From: Chloroflexota bacterium
Lineage (GTDB): Bacteria; Chloroflexota; UBA11872; UBA12225
Direction: 5' to 3'
NCBI GenBank assembly: GCA_034437795.1
Contig: DAOTTI010000267.1
Coordinates: 1,277 to 65,276 of the forward strand
Length of the DNA stretch: 64,000 nt
Below, piece after piece: positions 18,003 through 27,004 of the stretch (position 1 is the stretch's first letter; each line of letters opens with the position of its first letter). The position numbers and the translations under genes were made by a program. The notes under the pieces are model-generated. The model ran no database searches. It was given only the letters and a program-made list of their open reading frames with translations, and was not told where the DNA came from.

Positions 18003-19286
18003 CTAGCGAACCGCTGCCGGCTGGCGGCGCGGTCCCAGCGGAACCACGCTCAGGAGCACGGCCGCGGTCCCCGCCGTCAGCGCCCCGTAGACGAAGGGGG
18101 CCGGCGGCCCCACGGCCTGCCACAGCGCTCCGGCGATCACGCTCGCCGGCAGTAGCGCTACCCCTGTGGCCGTGGCATAGGTGCCCATGGCCGTGGCCCG
18201 CAGCGATGGCGGCACTAGGTCGGTCACCAGGGCCCGCGCCACCCCCTCCGTGCAGGCGTAGTACAGGCTATACACCAGGAAGAGGGCGGCCACCGCCAGG
18301 GCGCCCGGCGCCACGGCGAAGCCGGCGTAGACCAGGGCAAAGATCCCATAGCCGGCCACCAGCACCGGCCGGCGTCCCCAGCGATCGGAGAGCATCCCCA
18401 CCGGCGTGGCCAGCAGGGCGTAGAGCATGTTAAAGGCAAAGTAGGCCAGCGGGATCAGTGCGGCCGCCATGCCTGCGTCCTGCGCCCGCAGGATGAGGAA
18501 GGCATCCGAAGAGTTGCCCAGGGCGAAGAGGGTGGTAATGGCTGTCAGTAGGAGAAACGGCCGGCCCAGATCGCGCATGCCCAGGCGGGGCGCGTCGACG
18601 TCCTTCGGGGGCGCGGGCCGGTCCTGCACCAGCCACCAGGCCACCAGCACGGCCAGGAGCCCCGGCACGCTTGCCAGCCAGAACACGGCTCGCGCCCCTT
18701 CGGGGGTATTGCCCAGCAGGGCCAGGGTTCCCGCCGCCAGCAGGGGCCCGATCGCCGCCCCCGCCGTATCCATGCTGCGGTGGAAGCCGAAGGCCCGCCC
18801 GCGGATGGCGGGCTCCACGCTATCGGCAATTAGGGCATCGCGCGGCGCCCCGCGGATCCCCTTGCCGAAGCGATCGGCAAAGCGGATGGCCAGCACCTGC
18901 GGCCAGGCGGTGGAGAGCGCCAGCAGGGGCTTAGAGAGATTGGAGAGGCCATAGCCGAAGAGCATCAAGGGCTTGCGCCGCCCGCTCCGGTCGGAGAGCC
19001 AGCCGGCAAACACCCGCAGCACGCTGGCCGTGCTCTCCGCCACCCCCTCGATCAGCCCCACGGCCGCGACCGGGGCGTGCAGCACCGCCGTCAGGAACAG
19101 GGGCAGTACCGGCACGATCATCTCGGTGGAGATGTCGGTAAAGAAGCTCACCAGGCCCGCCGCCAGGACATTCCGGGGCATGGCGTGCTGCCACCCCCAT
19201 CGTCTGGCGGCCGGCGCCGGTAGCGCCTGCACCTCGTCCACGGGGGCTTCACGCGCCGTCATCCCTGCTGCTCCTTGTGAGGACAT
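18003..19286 (-). CDS. MFS transporter
   Basis: About 12 predicted TM helices and the MFS loop motif LSDRSGRRKP / LSDRWGRRP in both halves. Confidence 0.9.
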   Translation of the reverse strand: MSSQGAAGMTAREAPVDEVQALPAPAARRWGWQHAMPRNVLAAGLVSFFTDISTEMIVPVLPLFLTAVLHAPVAAVGLIEGVAESTASVLRVFAGWLSDRSGRRKPLMLFGYGLSNLSKPLLALSTAWPQVLAIRFADRFGKGIRGAPRDALIADSVEPAIRGRAFGFHRSMDTAGAAIGPLLAAGTLALLGNTPEGARAVFWLASVPGLLAVLVAWWLVQDRPAPPKDVDAPRLGMRDLGRPFLLLTAITTLFALGNSSDAFLILRAQDAGMAAALIPLAYFAFNMLYALLATPVGMLSDRWGRRPVLVAGYGIFALVYAGFAVAPGALAVAALFLVYSLYYACTEGVARALVTDLVPPSLRATAMGTYATATGVALLPASVIAGALWQAVGPPAPFVYGALTAGTAAVLLSVVPLGPRRQPAAVR

Positions 19287-19583
19287 GGCGTTGCCCGCAC
19301 CACCTCATGGCGTTGCCGGCAAGCGGCACGCTGCCGCGGAGGCCGAGCGGCTAGCTGACGAGAGCATAACCGGCTACCCGCCCAGTTAGTCGAGAGGGAA
19401 GGCTCTCGGTTTGGCGCGCCTAATCCCCGGCCTGAGGCGGCGCTCCCACCTCCTGCCCTCTTGCTGGCCCGTGGGTCGGTGCCTGTCCCCGGACGGCCAG
19501 CACCTTCCGACCGCTTGCTGGCCGACCGCTTGCTGCCGGTGGGCCGGCGACTTGCTGGACGGCGGGGCGGTGGCGGACCTCAC

Positions 19584-20819
19584 TCAGGAGATGCCCAGCC
19601 ACGCGCGGTAGACGTCTTCCATCAGCCGCACGTCGGTGCGTGTATCCTCGCCCGAGGAGCGGAACGGCGCGCCGGTGCGCAGGCACTCCACGAAGTGCTC
19701 CGCCTCCCGCTTGTACGCCCACGACCAGCGCGGCTCGGAAATGGCCCGCGTGATAGTGTGCTGCACGCCGTGCTGGCCCAGGCCAGCCAGCGCGCCGCCG
19801 GCCTCCGGCAGATCGCTGCGGTAGATCTCCACCTCCGCCACCGCGTTGCGCAGCAGCAGAGGCGGGGCCCAGGTATGCACCCACCCCCGCTCGAAGTAGG
19901 CCTGTGTGTGCTCGTCCCAGCGGTAGTAGCGCAACTGCCCCGTCTCCAGGACGCAGCGCACGCCGGCGATGGTCAGGATCACCACGCCCGTGCGGCCGTC
20001 CGGATCGAGATCGACGTGCGCTACTTGCGCCTCGTCGCCGGCATCGAGCAGGAACCGCAAGAGGTTGACGTTGTGCGTGTACTGCTGGAGGTAGCCCACG
20101 TAGCGCCCGCCGTACTCCGGCGGCAGCCAGCGTGGCAGGTGCGCCTCCGTCGGCGCCGCCGGGGACGCCTCGTCGCTGTGGGTGACGGGAACGTCGCTGC
20201 CCGCCAGCCAATCGCCGCAGAAGCCGTGCGCCCGCACGTAGAGCAGCCGGCCGCACTCGCCGGTGTGGCGCCACCCCTGGATCACCTGGTGCGCCAGCTC
20301 GTTACCTACGTCATAGCGCTTCATGTAGGCGACCATCAGCCGGGCGCCGCCCTCCCGCGCCGCCGCCAGGATGCGGTCGGCCTGGGCCAGGGAGATGGCC
20401 ATCGGCTTCTCCATGAAGACGTGCTTGCCCGCCAGCAGGCAGTCGCGCGCGATCTCCCCCTGCAGCGCGAACGGCGCCGAGACGGCAATCGCGTCCACCT
20501 CCGGATCGGCCGCCAGCGCGCGGTGGTCAGCGTACAGGCGCGGGATGCCGAAGCGCCGCTGCACCTCCTCGCCGAGCGAGCGCCGCACCTCGGCTAGGGC
20601 GACCAGGTCGCATCCCGGCAGTGCGGCGAAGTTAGGCAGGTGTACCCGCTGCGCCAGGTTGCCGGCGCCGACGTAGCCCAGACGCACCGGGCGGCCCAGC
20701 GCCTGGAAACCCGGCTGCCTGGAAGCTTGAGTGACGGTCGGACTCACGTCTTGGGTTCCTCCCCCATTCTTCGCTGGTGACGCGGGCATCGTAGCGCACT
20801 CTTCCTGCGGCTGCGCCAC
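19584..20819 (-). CDS. Gfo/Idh/MocA family oxidoreductase
   Basis: Rossmann VRLGYVGAGNLAQ, FMEKPMA motif. The N-terminal 40 aa are uncertain (alternative ATG at 20789). Confidence 0.85.
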   Translation of the reverse strand: MAQPQEECATMPASPAKNGGGTQDVSPTVTQASRQPGFQALGRPVRLGYVGAGNLAQRVHLPNFAALPGCDLVALAEVRRSLGEEVQRRFGIPRLYADHRALAADPEVDAIAVSAPFALQGEIARDCLLAGKHVFMEKPMAISLAQADRILAAAREGGARLMVAYMKRYDVGNELAHQVIQGWRHTGECGRLLYVRAHGFCGDWLAGSDVPVTHSDEASPAAPTEAHLPRWLPPEYGGRYVGYLQQYTHNVNLLRFLLDAGDEAQVAHVDLDPDGRTGVVILTIAGVRCVLETGQLRYYRWDEHTQAYFERGWVHTWAPPLLLRNAVAEVEIYRSDLPEAGGALAGLGQHGVQHTITRAISEPRWSWAYKREAEHFVECLRTGAPFRSSGEDTRTDVRLMEDVYRAWLGIS

Positions 20820-21050
20820 TGGTCGCCCACTCTCATCGCAGACCTTCGCAAACTCGGTCCGCTGACGCGGACGCCGTGGGCTAATGCCGCACGGCTACAG
20901 GTGCGAACCCCGCTGCAGCGGGCTCCCCAGGCCCAGCCGGCTGAAGCCGGCTTTGCATAGCTGGCCCTGGGGCTTCAGCCCCAGGGCGGCGCGGCACGCG
21001 CAGGGCGTTTCCTCCTCTTGGCTGTTCCCGCGCCAGGAGTAGACTTAGAC

Positions 21051-21080
21051 GTTGACATGCGATGCGGCCCCGCCCTACGA
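21051..21080 (+). promoter_or_regulatory. candidate promoter upstream of the decayed binding-protein gene
   Basis: TTGACA (21051-21056), 18-nt spacer, TACGAT, followed by a roughly 150-nt hairpin-rich leader. Confidence 0.3.
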
Positions 21081-21237
21081 TGGCTTACGAACTCTGGTGC
21101 CTCAAGCCCCACAAGGCTGTGGGGGAGTGCCATACTGAGGCCGCTGCGCTGGTAGTGACCAGGCGATCCTTCGAGCCGGAGAGAGTGAGAGCGGGCGCGG
21201 GGTGCGGTTTGTAGACGACTGTAAGGGAGTTCCTGCC

Positions 21238-22585
21238 ATGGCCATGAGCCTTCGCCGGCCTCCGACGTGGTGGACGACCCGTCGCACCATCCTGCGCCTG
21301 CCAGTCGCCGCCATCGGGGCGGCCCTCGCCGCCTGTGGCCCTGCTGGCGGCGGCCCCAGCTCATCTGCCGGCGCATCCGGCCCAGCCACCCTGGACGTCC
21401 AGCTTAACTTCACCAGCCTGGAGCAGCCCTACCTTGAAAAGCACATCGGCGCCTTCATGCAGAGATACCCCCAGATCAAGGTGAACTGGGCAAATACCCC
21501 GGGCGAGGAGCACTACAGCAAGCTCACCACTATGGTCGCCGGCGGCACGCCGCCGCACCTGAGCCACATGACCAGCCGCTGGGCCGGCCAGTTTATCCGT
21601 GGCATGGCTGTCTACACCGACCTCACGCCCCTGGCCAGGGCCGACAGGTTCGACCTCAAGGACTTCTGACCACTGCTCTCGGAAGGCTTCGCCGACGCCC
21701 AGGGGCGGCCGATGGTGCTCCCCTACGACATCACCGTCCAGCTGCTCTACTACAACGCCGACGCGCTCAAGGCCACCGGCGCGCCGCTCCCCCACCGACC
21801 GCTGGACCCTTGACGACATGCTCGCCGCCGCCTTGAAGGCGACGCGAAAGGGAGCAGACGGGCGGTACGAGCAGTTCGGCTACGATGGCCTGCCCAACGG
21901 CGGGCAGTTCGAGTATGGAGTGGAGCGGTTCGGCGGGCGCCTTTTGAACGACAGGCTCACCCAGTGCGAGATGAACAGCGCCGGCTCCGTCCGAGGCATT
22001 CAGTTCTGGACGGACCTGCGCCACCGCCACCACGTCGCCCCCGCCACCGCCGAGGAGCGCGCCGGCCAGACCATGCCCCAGCTGTTCGGCACCGGCCGGC
22101 TGGCCATGATGATCGCCGGCACCGTCACGGCCGCCCAGGTGCGTGACCAGAAGCCGGCATTTGTGTGGGACGTGCTCCCCATCCCTCGTGGGCCGGCCGG
22201 AGACCAGTTACGTGCCGGCGGCGGTGGCTACGGCCTGCACAAGGGCATCCAAAGCCTGGACGCCGCCTGGCTGCTGCTCAAGCACCTGGTCTCGCCGGAG
22301 GTACTCATGGACATGGTGGGCCAGCCGCGGCGCTCCGTGCCCGGCCGCGCCTCGGTTGCCAAGTCGGTCGCCGCCGAGACCGGCACCGCCCCCAGGAACT
22401 GGCAGGTGATCATCCCCGTGACCGAGAAGGCGCGCCACATCACGTTTGGCCTCACGCCCAAGGGCGGCGACCTGCTCCAGGAAGTCACCACCACGCTGAA
22501 CAAGGTCTACAATGGCGGTACCGACGTCAGGTCCGAGCTCGACGGGCTCACGCAGCGCATCAATGCCATCCTCGCCGGCCGGTGA
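21238..22585 (+). pseudogene. ABC solute-binding protein gene inactivated by an in-frame TGA and a frameshift
   Basis: Tat-lipoprotein signal TTRRTILRLPVAAIGAALAACG. The sequence reads ...RFDLKDF-TGA(21667-21669)-PLLSEGFADAQGRPMVLPYDITVQLLYYNADALKATGAPLP in a single frame. The frame then shifts by one at the C5 run near 21789-21793 to continue TDRWTLDDMLAAALKAT... Confidence 0.8.
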
Positions 22586-22671
22586 GGTGCGATGTGTGGC
22601 GGGGATGGCGCCGGCGTACGGCTCATCACGCATAGTCGGCTCACTGCTCGCAGACTTAGCGGAGGGTTAGC

Positions 22672-22965
22672 GTGGACACCGTAGTTCTGGACCGGATGCA
22701 GCGCGCGCAGCGGGTCGGCGTGTTTGGTATCGGGCTGGCCGCCTACTGGCCGCAGTTCTCCGGCCTACGGGAACGGCTGGAGGGCTAGCAGCGCCAGGTG
22801 CAGCATCGCCTGGCCGGTTTGGGCGCGGACGTGATCTCCGCCGGGCTGGTCGATACCGCTCCGGCGGCGCGGGCGAGCGGTTTGCGCGCGAGGCGGTGAG
22901 CCTCTTGCTCTGCTATGTGGGCACATACGCCACGAGTGCTCAGGTGCTCCCGGCCGTCCAGGCTC
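22672..22965 (+). pseudogene. 5' fragment of an L-arabinose/L-fucose isomerase-family gene
   Basis: GGAGGG plus GTG 22672. The sequence VGVFGIGLAAYWPQFSGLRERLEG-TAG(22786)-QRQV...GLVDT is followed by a frameshift, then ...LLCYVGTYATSAQVLPAVQ. Similarity ends there, so most of the gene is missing. Confidence 0.6.
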
Positions 22966-23326
22966 CCGCGGGGCGGGGCGCCATCGCCCGTGTTCTGTTA
23001 CGCATTACGGTTCCCTCAGTAGCCCGCCCATCTCAACGTGTGCCCCAACGGCATCCGGCCGAGTGCCCTTCGGGCATACGCTCGCTTGCAGCGTTCGGCC
23101 ACCAGCTACGGTAAGCAGCGCGCCAGCCGAATAGCCGGAAGACCTGCTGCGCGGTATAGCGCCGCCTGCGCTACGTCCCTCACGGCTAGCTGCGCCACGT
23201 CCCTGATGGTGTCGTGCGTCGCGTTTCGGACGCCCCTCATGCCACCGCTCGACGACGGACTTGCACGGCGGCCGCGCAAGAGTAAGAGGGGCCGCCGCGA
23301 TGAGTGGCCGCGGGCCGCGGCGATCG

Positions 23327-24130
23327 TCAGTTGCCCGTGAACTGCGGCGGGCGCCGCGCCAGGAACGCCGCCACCCCCTCGGCGCAGTCGCGGGTGGCGA
23401 ATACCTCGGTCCCCAGCACGTCGAAGGTGAACGGCTCCCCGTCCGGATGGCGGACGGCGAAGTCGATCGCCTGCTTGGCCCAGGCCATCGCCCGTGGCGC
23501 GTTGGCGAGCAGCAGCTGCACCAGTTCGTCCACCCGGCGGGGCAGCGCCTCCACCGGCACCACCTCGTCCACCAGGCCCACCGCCAGCGCCTGCTCGGCG
23601 GTGAGCGGCTCGCCCGAGAGCAGCAGGCGGCGGGCCCGCGCCGCGCCCACCACGTCGATCAGGCGGCGGGCATCGGCGACGCTGATCCCGATGCCCAGCT
23701 TGACCGCAGGCACGCCGAAAACCGCGTCGGCGGCGGCCACACGGAAGTCGGCCGTGAGCGCGAGCTCCAACGCCGCACCGAGGCAGTAGCCGGCGATGGC
23801 GGCGATGACCGGTTGGGGCAGCGCGGCCCAGGCGCGGAGCGCGCCCTCGTAGCGCTCGTTGTACTCGCGCGCCGCCGCTGTGCCGAGCCGCGCTTCAGGG
23901 AACTCGGCGATGTCACTCCCGGAGCTAAACACGCCGCCGTGCTCCCCCACCTGCCCGGTCAGGACGACGACGCGCACGGCGGGGTCGGCCGCCAGCCCGG
24001 CGGCGATCCCCGCCAGCGCCTGCCAGCAGGCGAGATCCAGTGCGTTGCGGCGCTCCGGCCGGTTCAGCGTGACGGTGGCGACGGCGCCGGCGACCGCGAG
24101 CTTGACCGGCTCGGGCGCCGGACCCGGCAC
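23327..24130 (-). CDS. enoyl-CoA hydratase/isomerase (crotonase) family protein
   Basis: VATVTLNRPERRNAL and the oxyanion-hole region GYCLGAALELALTADFRV. The track ORF runs to 24265, but the Arg-rich first 45 aa look non-native. An internal GTG near 24130 is the likely start. Confidence 0.85.
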   Translation of the reverse strand: MPGPAPEPVKLAVAGAVATVTLNRPERRNALDLACWQALAGIAAGLAADPAVRVVVLTGQVGEHGGVFSSGSDIAEFPEARLGTAAAREYNERYEGALRAWAALPQPVIAAIAGYCLGAALELALTADFRVAAADAVFGVPAVKLGIGISVADARRLIDVVGAARARRLLLSGEPLTAEQALAVGLVDEVVPVEALPRRVDELVQLLLANAPRAMAWAKQAIDFAVRHPDGEPFTFDVLGTEVFATRDCAEGVAAFLARRPPQFTGN

Positions 24131-24338
24131 CGGCCGGCGGCGCCCACCTCGATGCCGGCGATGCCACCAACTGAGGGGACGGTGCGCCAGGCGCCCCACC
24201 GCCTGTGAGGTGCCGGCGAGCACCTTCGGCGCCTGCAGATCGAGCCGGCGGTCGAATCCGACCATTGGCCTCCTCCTAACCTCGGCCCCCTACTTGCTGG
24301 TATACCACGAGGCGGGAGCCGACAGGCGCTCTCGCGCG

Positions 24339-24393
24339 GTGTATTCACCAGCGGAGCCCTCACCCCAGCCTTCTCCCAAAGGGAGAGGGAGCT
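24339..24393 (-). repeat. REP/MITE-like element, reverse orientation
   Basis: The reverse complement reads GAGCTCCCTCTCCCTTTGGGAGAAGGCTGGGGTGAGGGCTCCGCTGGTGAATACACC. Confidence 0.8.
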
Positions 24394-24517
24394 CGGGCCC
24401 CAGCCCGCACCGCCAGGCCAGCCTCCTCGCCTGCATCATTCACGACGCGCAGCCCTCACTGTCGCCCACTCCACGGGTCCCCGCTCTCTCACCGGAAGAA
24501 GGGGCTCCCCGCTGGCG

Positions 24518-24850
24518 GTGACGGCGACGCTGCGCGCCGTGTTCCAGCCGCTGGTGGAGGGGCGGGCGACGCTGGAGCAGACGCGGCGGGAGATGGTCGT
24601 GCGCACGCCCCGCCTGTTCGCCGACCGGACCCGCTGCCCGCTGCTCCTGGCCGCCGGTGAGTGGGACGATATCTACGCGCGTGCCGTGGCGCTGGACGCG
24701 GCCCTGGTGCGTGCCGCGAAGGCGCATGAGTTCGTCCTCTTCCCGGGGATGGGCCACGCCATACAGAGCCGCAGCCCGGCGCCTGGCAGCCGGACCCCGC
24801 GGGACGTGACGTTCGAGTTCCTGTGGCGGCATGCACGTCCACGCGATTGA
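24518..24850 (+). pseudogene. C-terminal fragment of an alpha/beta hydrolase (dienelactone hydrolase/S9 type)
   Basis: CPLLLAAGEWDDI...AAKAHEFVLFPGMGHAI matches only the last 70-100 residues (Asp/His region). Only about 250 bp lie upstream before the neighbouring gene, with no nucleophile-elbow region. Confidence 0.55.
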
Positions 24851-24912
24851 CACGCCGGTGCATCCAGCGACGGTTCCACGGAGGCTTGCAGAACGAGTAC
24901 CATAAGGCACGC

Positions 24913-25377
24913 ATGGGAGCCATGACTGCGATGAAGCGGTGCAATGAGTGCGGCACCACGGTGCCGGAGGGACTGACGGCCTGCCCCGTCTGCCGCAGCA
25001 CGGACGTGTCGGCGGCGCCGGGGACACAAGCAAGCGCTGCGGGCGTGGCCGGCTACGAGCGCTTCATCCGGCGGCGCCGGCTGGCCCGCGTGGCCACGGC
25101 GGCCACGACCCTCCTGCTGCTGATCGTCGCGCTGGCTGTGGCCCTGGCCGCCAAGGACGCCGCCTCGGTGCAGGGCAGCCCGACCGATCAGTCGGCGCTG
25201 CTGGTGGTCGCCCGCGTCGGCCTGTTCTTGCTCCTGGTGAATCCGATGGTGCTGGCGGCCGTCGCGCTGGTGCTGGGGCTCATGTCCTACCGTCTCTGGT
25301 ACCGTGCCCTCACGGGCGAGCGACCGGTCACCGAATTCAGCGTGATCGATGCCCTCGGCGGCCGTGTCCGCCGGTGA
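24913..25377 (+). CDS. zinc-ribbon domain membrane protein
   Basis: CNECGTTVPEGLTACPVC (CxxC...CxxC) followed by two hydrophobic helices. Start taken as MGAMTAMKR. Confidence 0.6.
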   Translation: MGAMTAMKRCNECGTTVPEGLTACPVCRSTDVSAAPGTQASAAGVAGYERFIRRRRLARVATAATTLLLLIVALAVALAAKDAASVQGSPTDQSALLVVARVGLFLLLVNPMVLAAVALVLGLMSYRLWYRALTGERPVTEFSVIDALGGRVRR

Positions 25378-25430
25378 GCATGCCGGCAGAGGTCATCCGA
25401 CGGGGGTGAGGGCACTACGGTGGAGGCACG

Positions 25431-26489
25431 TTGATGGCGAAGGCGCTCACCGTCACGCCGAGCACTCCTTCAGGACTCTCCTGGAGCGGACGGCCGCTCG
25501 AGGTGTGGGGCGTGCGCGTCGCCAGCGCCGCCGTGCGGGAGGAGTGGACCCAGGCCCTGATCGATCACCTCGACGACTACAGGCGCTACGGGGTGAATGC
25601 GCTCACCGTCTTCTACCAGGGCTCCTCTGGCGGCCACCTGCAGGCGTTCTCAGACGACGGGCGTGAGCTTGACGCTGGCGTGCGTGAGCGCATCGACCGG
25701 CTGGTGCGCGCCTGCGCCGACCGCGATATGCTCGTGGTCGCCGGCATCTTCTATCAACGGGAGCGCCTGCCGACGCGCGAGGCGTACGTGCGGGCCGCCG
25801 AGGCGGCGGCGAGGCACCTCGCCGGCTACGAGAACGTCATCATCAACCTGGTGAACGAGCACAACAGCGCCGGCTGGGAGCATTGCCCGTTCCCCGTGCG
25901 CACCGTGGAAGGGATCATCGAGCTGTGCCAGGTGGTGCGGGCCGCCGCGCCCGACCGGCTCGTCGGCGGAGGCGGTATCCACCCGGGCGTCAATGCCGAG
26001 CTATCGGTGCGGCCGGAGCTGGATCTCCTGCTGTTCGACTGGCACGGCGCGTCGCAGGAGGCGGTGGAGCATTACCGCGCGGCCGGATCGACAAAGCCGC
26101 TGATGAACGTGGAGCTGTTCGGCGGCTGGGCGCAGGGCTTCGTCGAGGAAGACGACGTGCCCCAGCCGGGCGTCAACATCTCCTGGCCCGGTTGGGGGCG
26201 CAACACGCCGGCGGCCGCGCCCCCCGGGCGGCGGCGCATCCAGGGCGTGCTGCCGGAACAGACACAGGGGACCCACCGCGGGCGGGCAGACTTCTTGTCC
26301 GAGGTGGAATACGCCGCGCGCACGCCCGGGTTCTCGCTGTTTGGCCACTTCCCCGGCTGGTGGCAGGGGCCGTCCCGCCAGCCGACGTTTGACTGCCGCT
26401 TTGACCTCGGGGGTAATGGCACACGCGCTAGCCCGGGTATCCGCTGGTATTTCGAAGCCGTCGCGCGAGCCAGCGGGATAACGATCTAA
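25431..26489 (+). CDS. putative glycoside hydrolase, (beta/alpha)8 barrel, GH5-like
   Basis: YGVNALTVFYQ and INLVNEHNS (NE acid/base-like motif). The assignment rests on motif resemblance only. Confidence 0.55.
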   Translation: MMAKALTVTPSTPSGLSWSGRPLEVWGVRVASAAVREEWTQALIDHLDDYRRYGVNALTVFYQGSSGGHLQAFSDDGRELDAGVRERIDRLVRACADRDMLVVAGIFYQRERLPTREAYVRAAEAAARHLAGYENVIINLVNEHNSAGWEHCPFPVRTVEGIIELCQVVRAAAPDRLVGGGGIHPGVNAELSVRPELDLLLFDWHGASQEAVEHYRAAGSTKPLMNVELFGGWAQGFVEEDDVPQPGVNISWPGWGRNTPAAAPPGRRRIQGVLPEQTQGTHRGRADFLSEVEYAARTPGFSLFGHFPGWWQGPSRQPTFDCRFDLGGNGTRASPGIRWYFEAVARASGITI

Positions 26490-27004
26490 GCGCCAACGCA
26501 ACTCGTCGCAGTCTCCTGACCACCGCGCCTGCCGCGCTGGGCGCGCTTGGGGCCAGGCACGCCGACGATATCAACAGGCTCTCCAGCTCCGTGCCGCCGC
26601 GGCAGTCGGCCGCTCATCAGGGCCTTCCACGACGCGATCGGCCACGGCTAGTGCACGATCAGGCCAGCGATGTGGCCTGACCCCCCTGGCATGGGGCCTC
26701 GCATCCTGGAATAGGTCGTCTGAAACAGCACGAGACCGTGCCAAATCATGCTCTCTACACCGAGGCGCGCGACGCCATCGTCGAGCACCTCGCCGCCGCC
26801 ATGAAGCTGGAGAAGGGTGTGCCAGCGGCGCTGGAAGACGCCGCCCGCGCCGCCGGTGAACTCCTTCACCGGAAGTGATCGACCGCTGATCGGGGTGGCA
26901 CGGCCGGGAGCCAGGCGGCGTCAAGCGCCGGGCGTCGCCAAAATAGGCAAAGTAGGTGAGCTCCTTGCACCTATCAGGGCGGGTGAGGCATCATCACGCC
27001 CGAC

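Noticed and set aside
22966-23326. Possible mobile-element or recombinase remnant after the isomerase stub
   Set aside because: I translated both strands in all frames and found no integrase, transposase or other motif. Only a small direct repeat (GCGCyACGTCCCT at about 23168 and 23191) and minor hairpins are present.
26681-26878. Short open frame ending ...HALYTEARDAIVEHLAAAMKLEKGVPAALEDAARAAGELLHRK
   Set aside because: It looks like the C-terminal tail of some protein, but it is under 60 codons with no clear start, SD or recognisable family. The whole 26490-27004 gap may be a gene remnant, but I cannot support a call.
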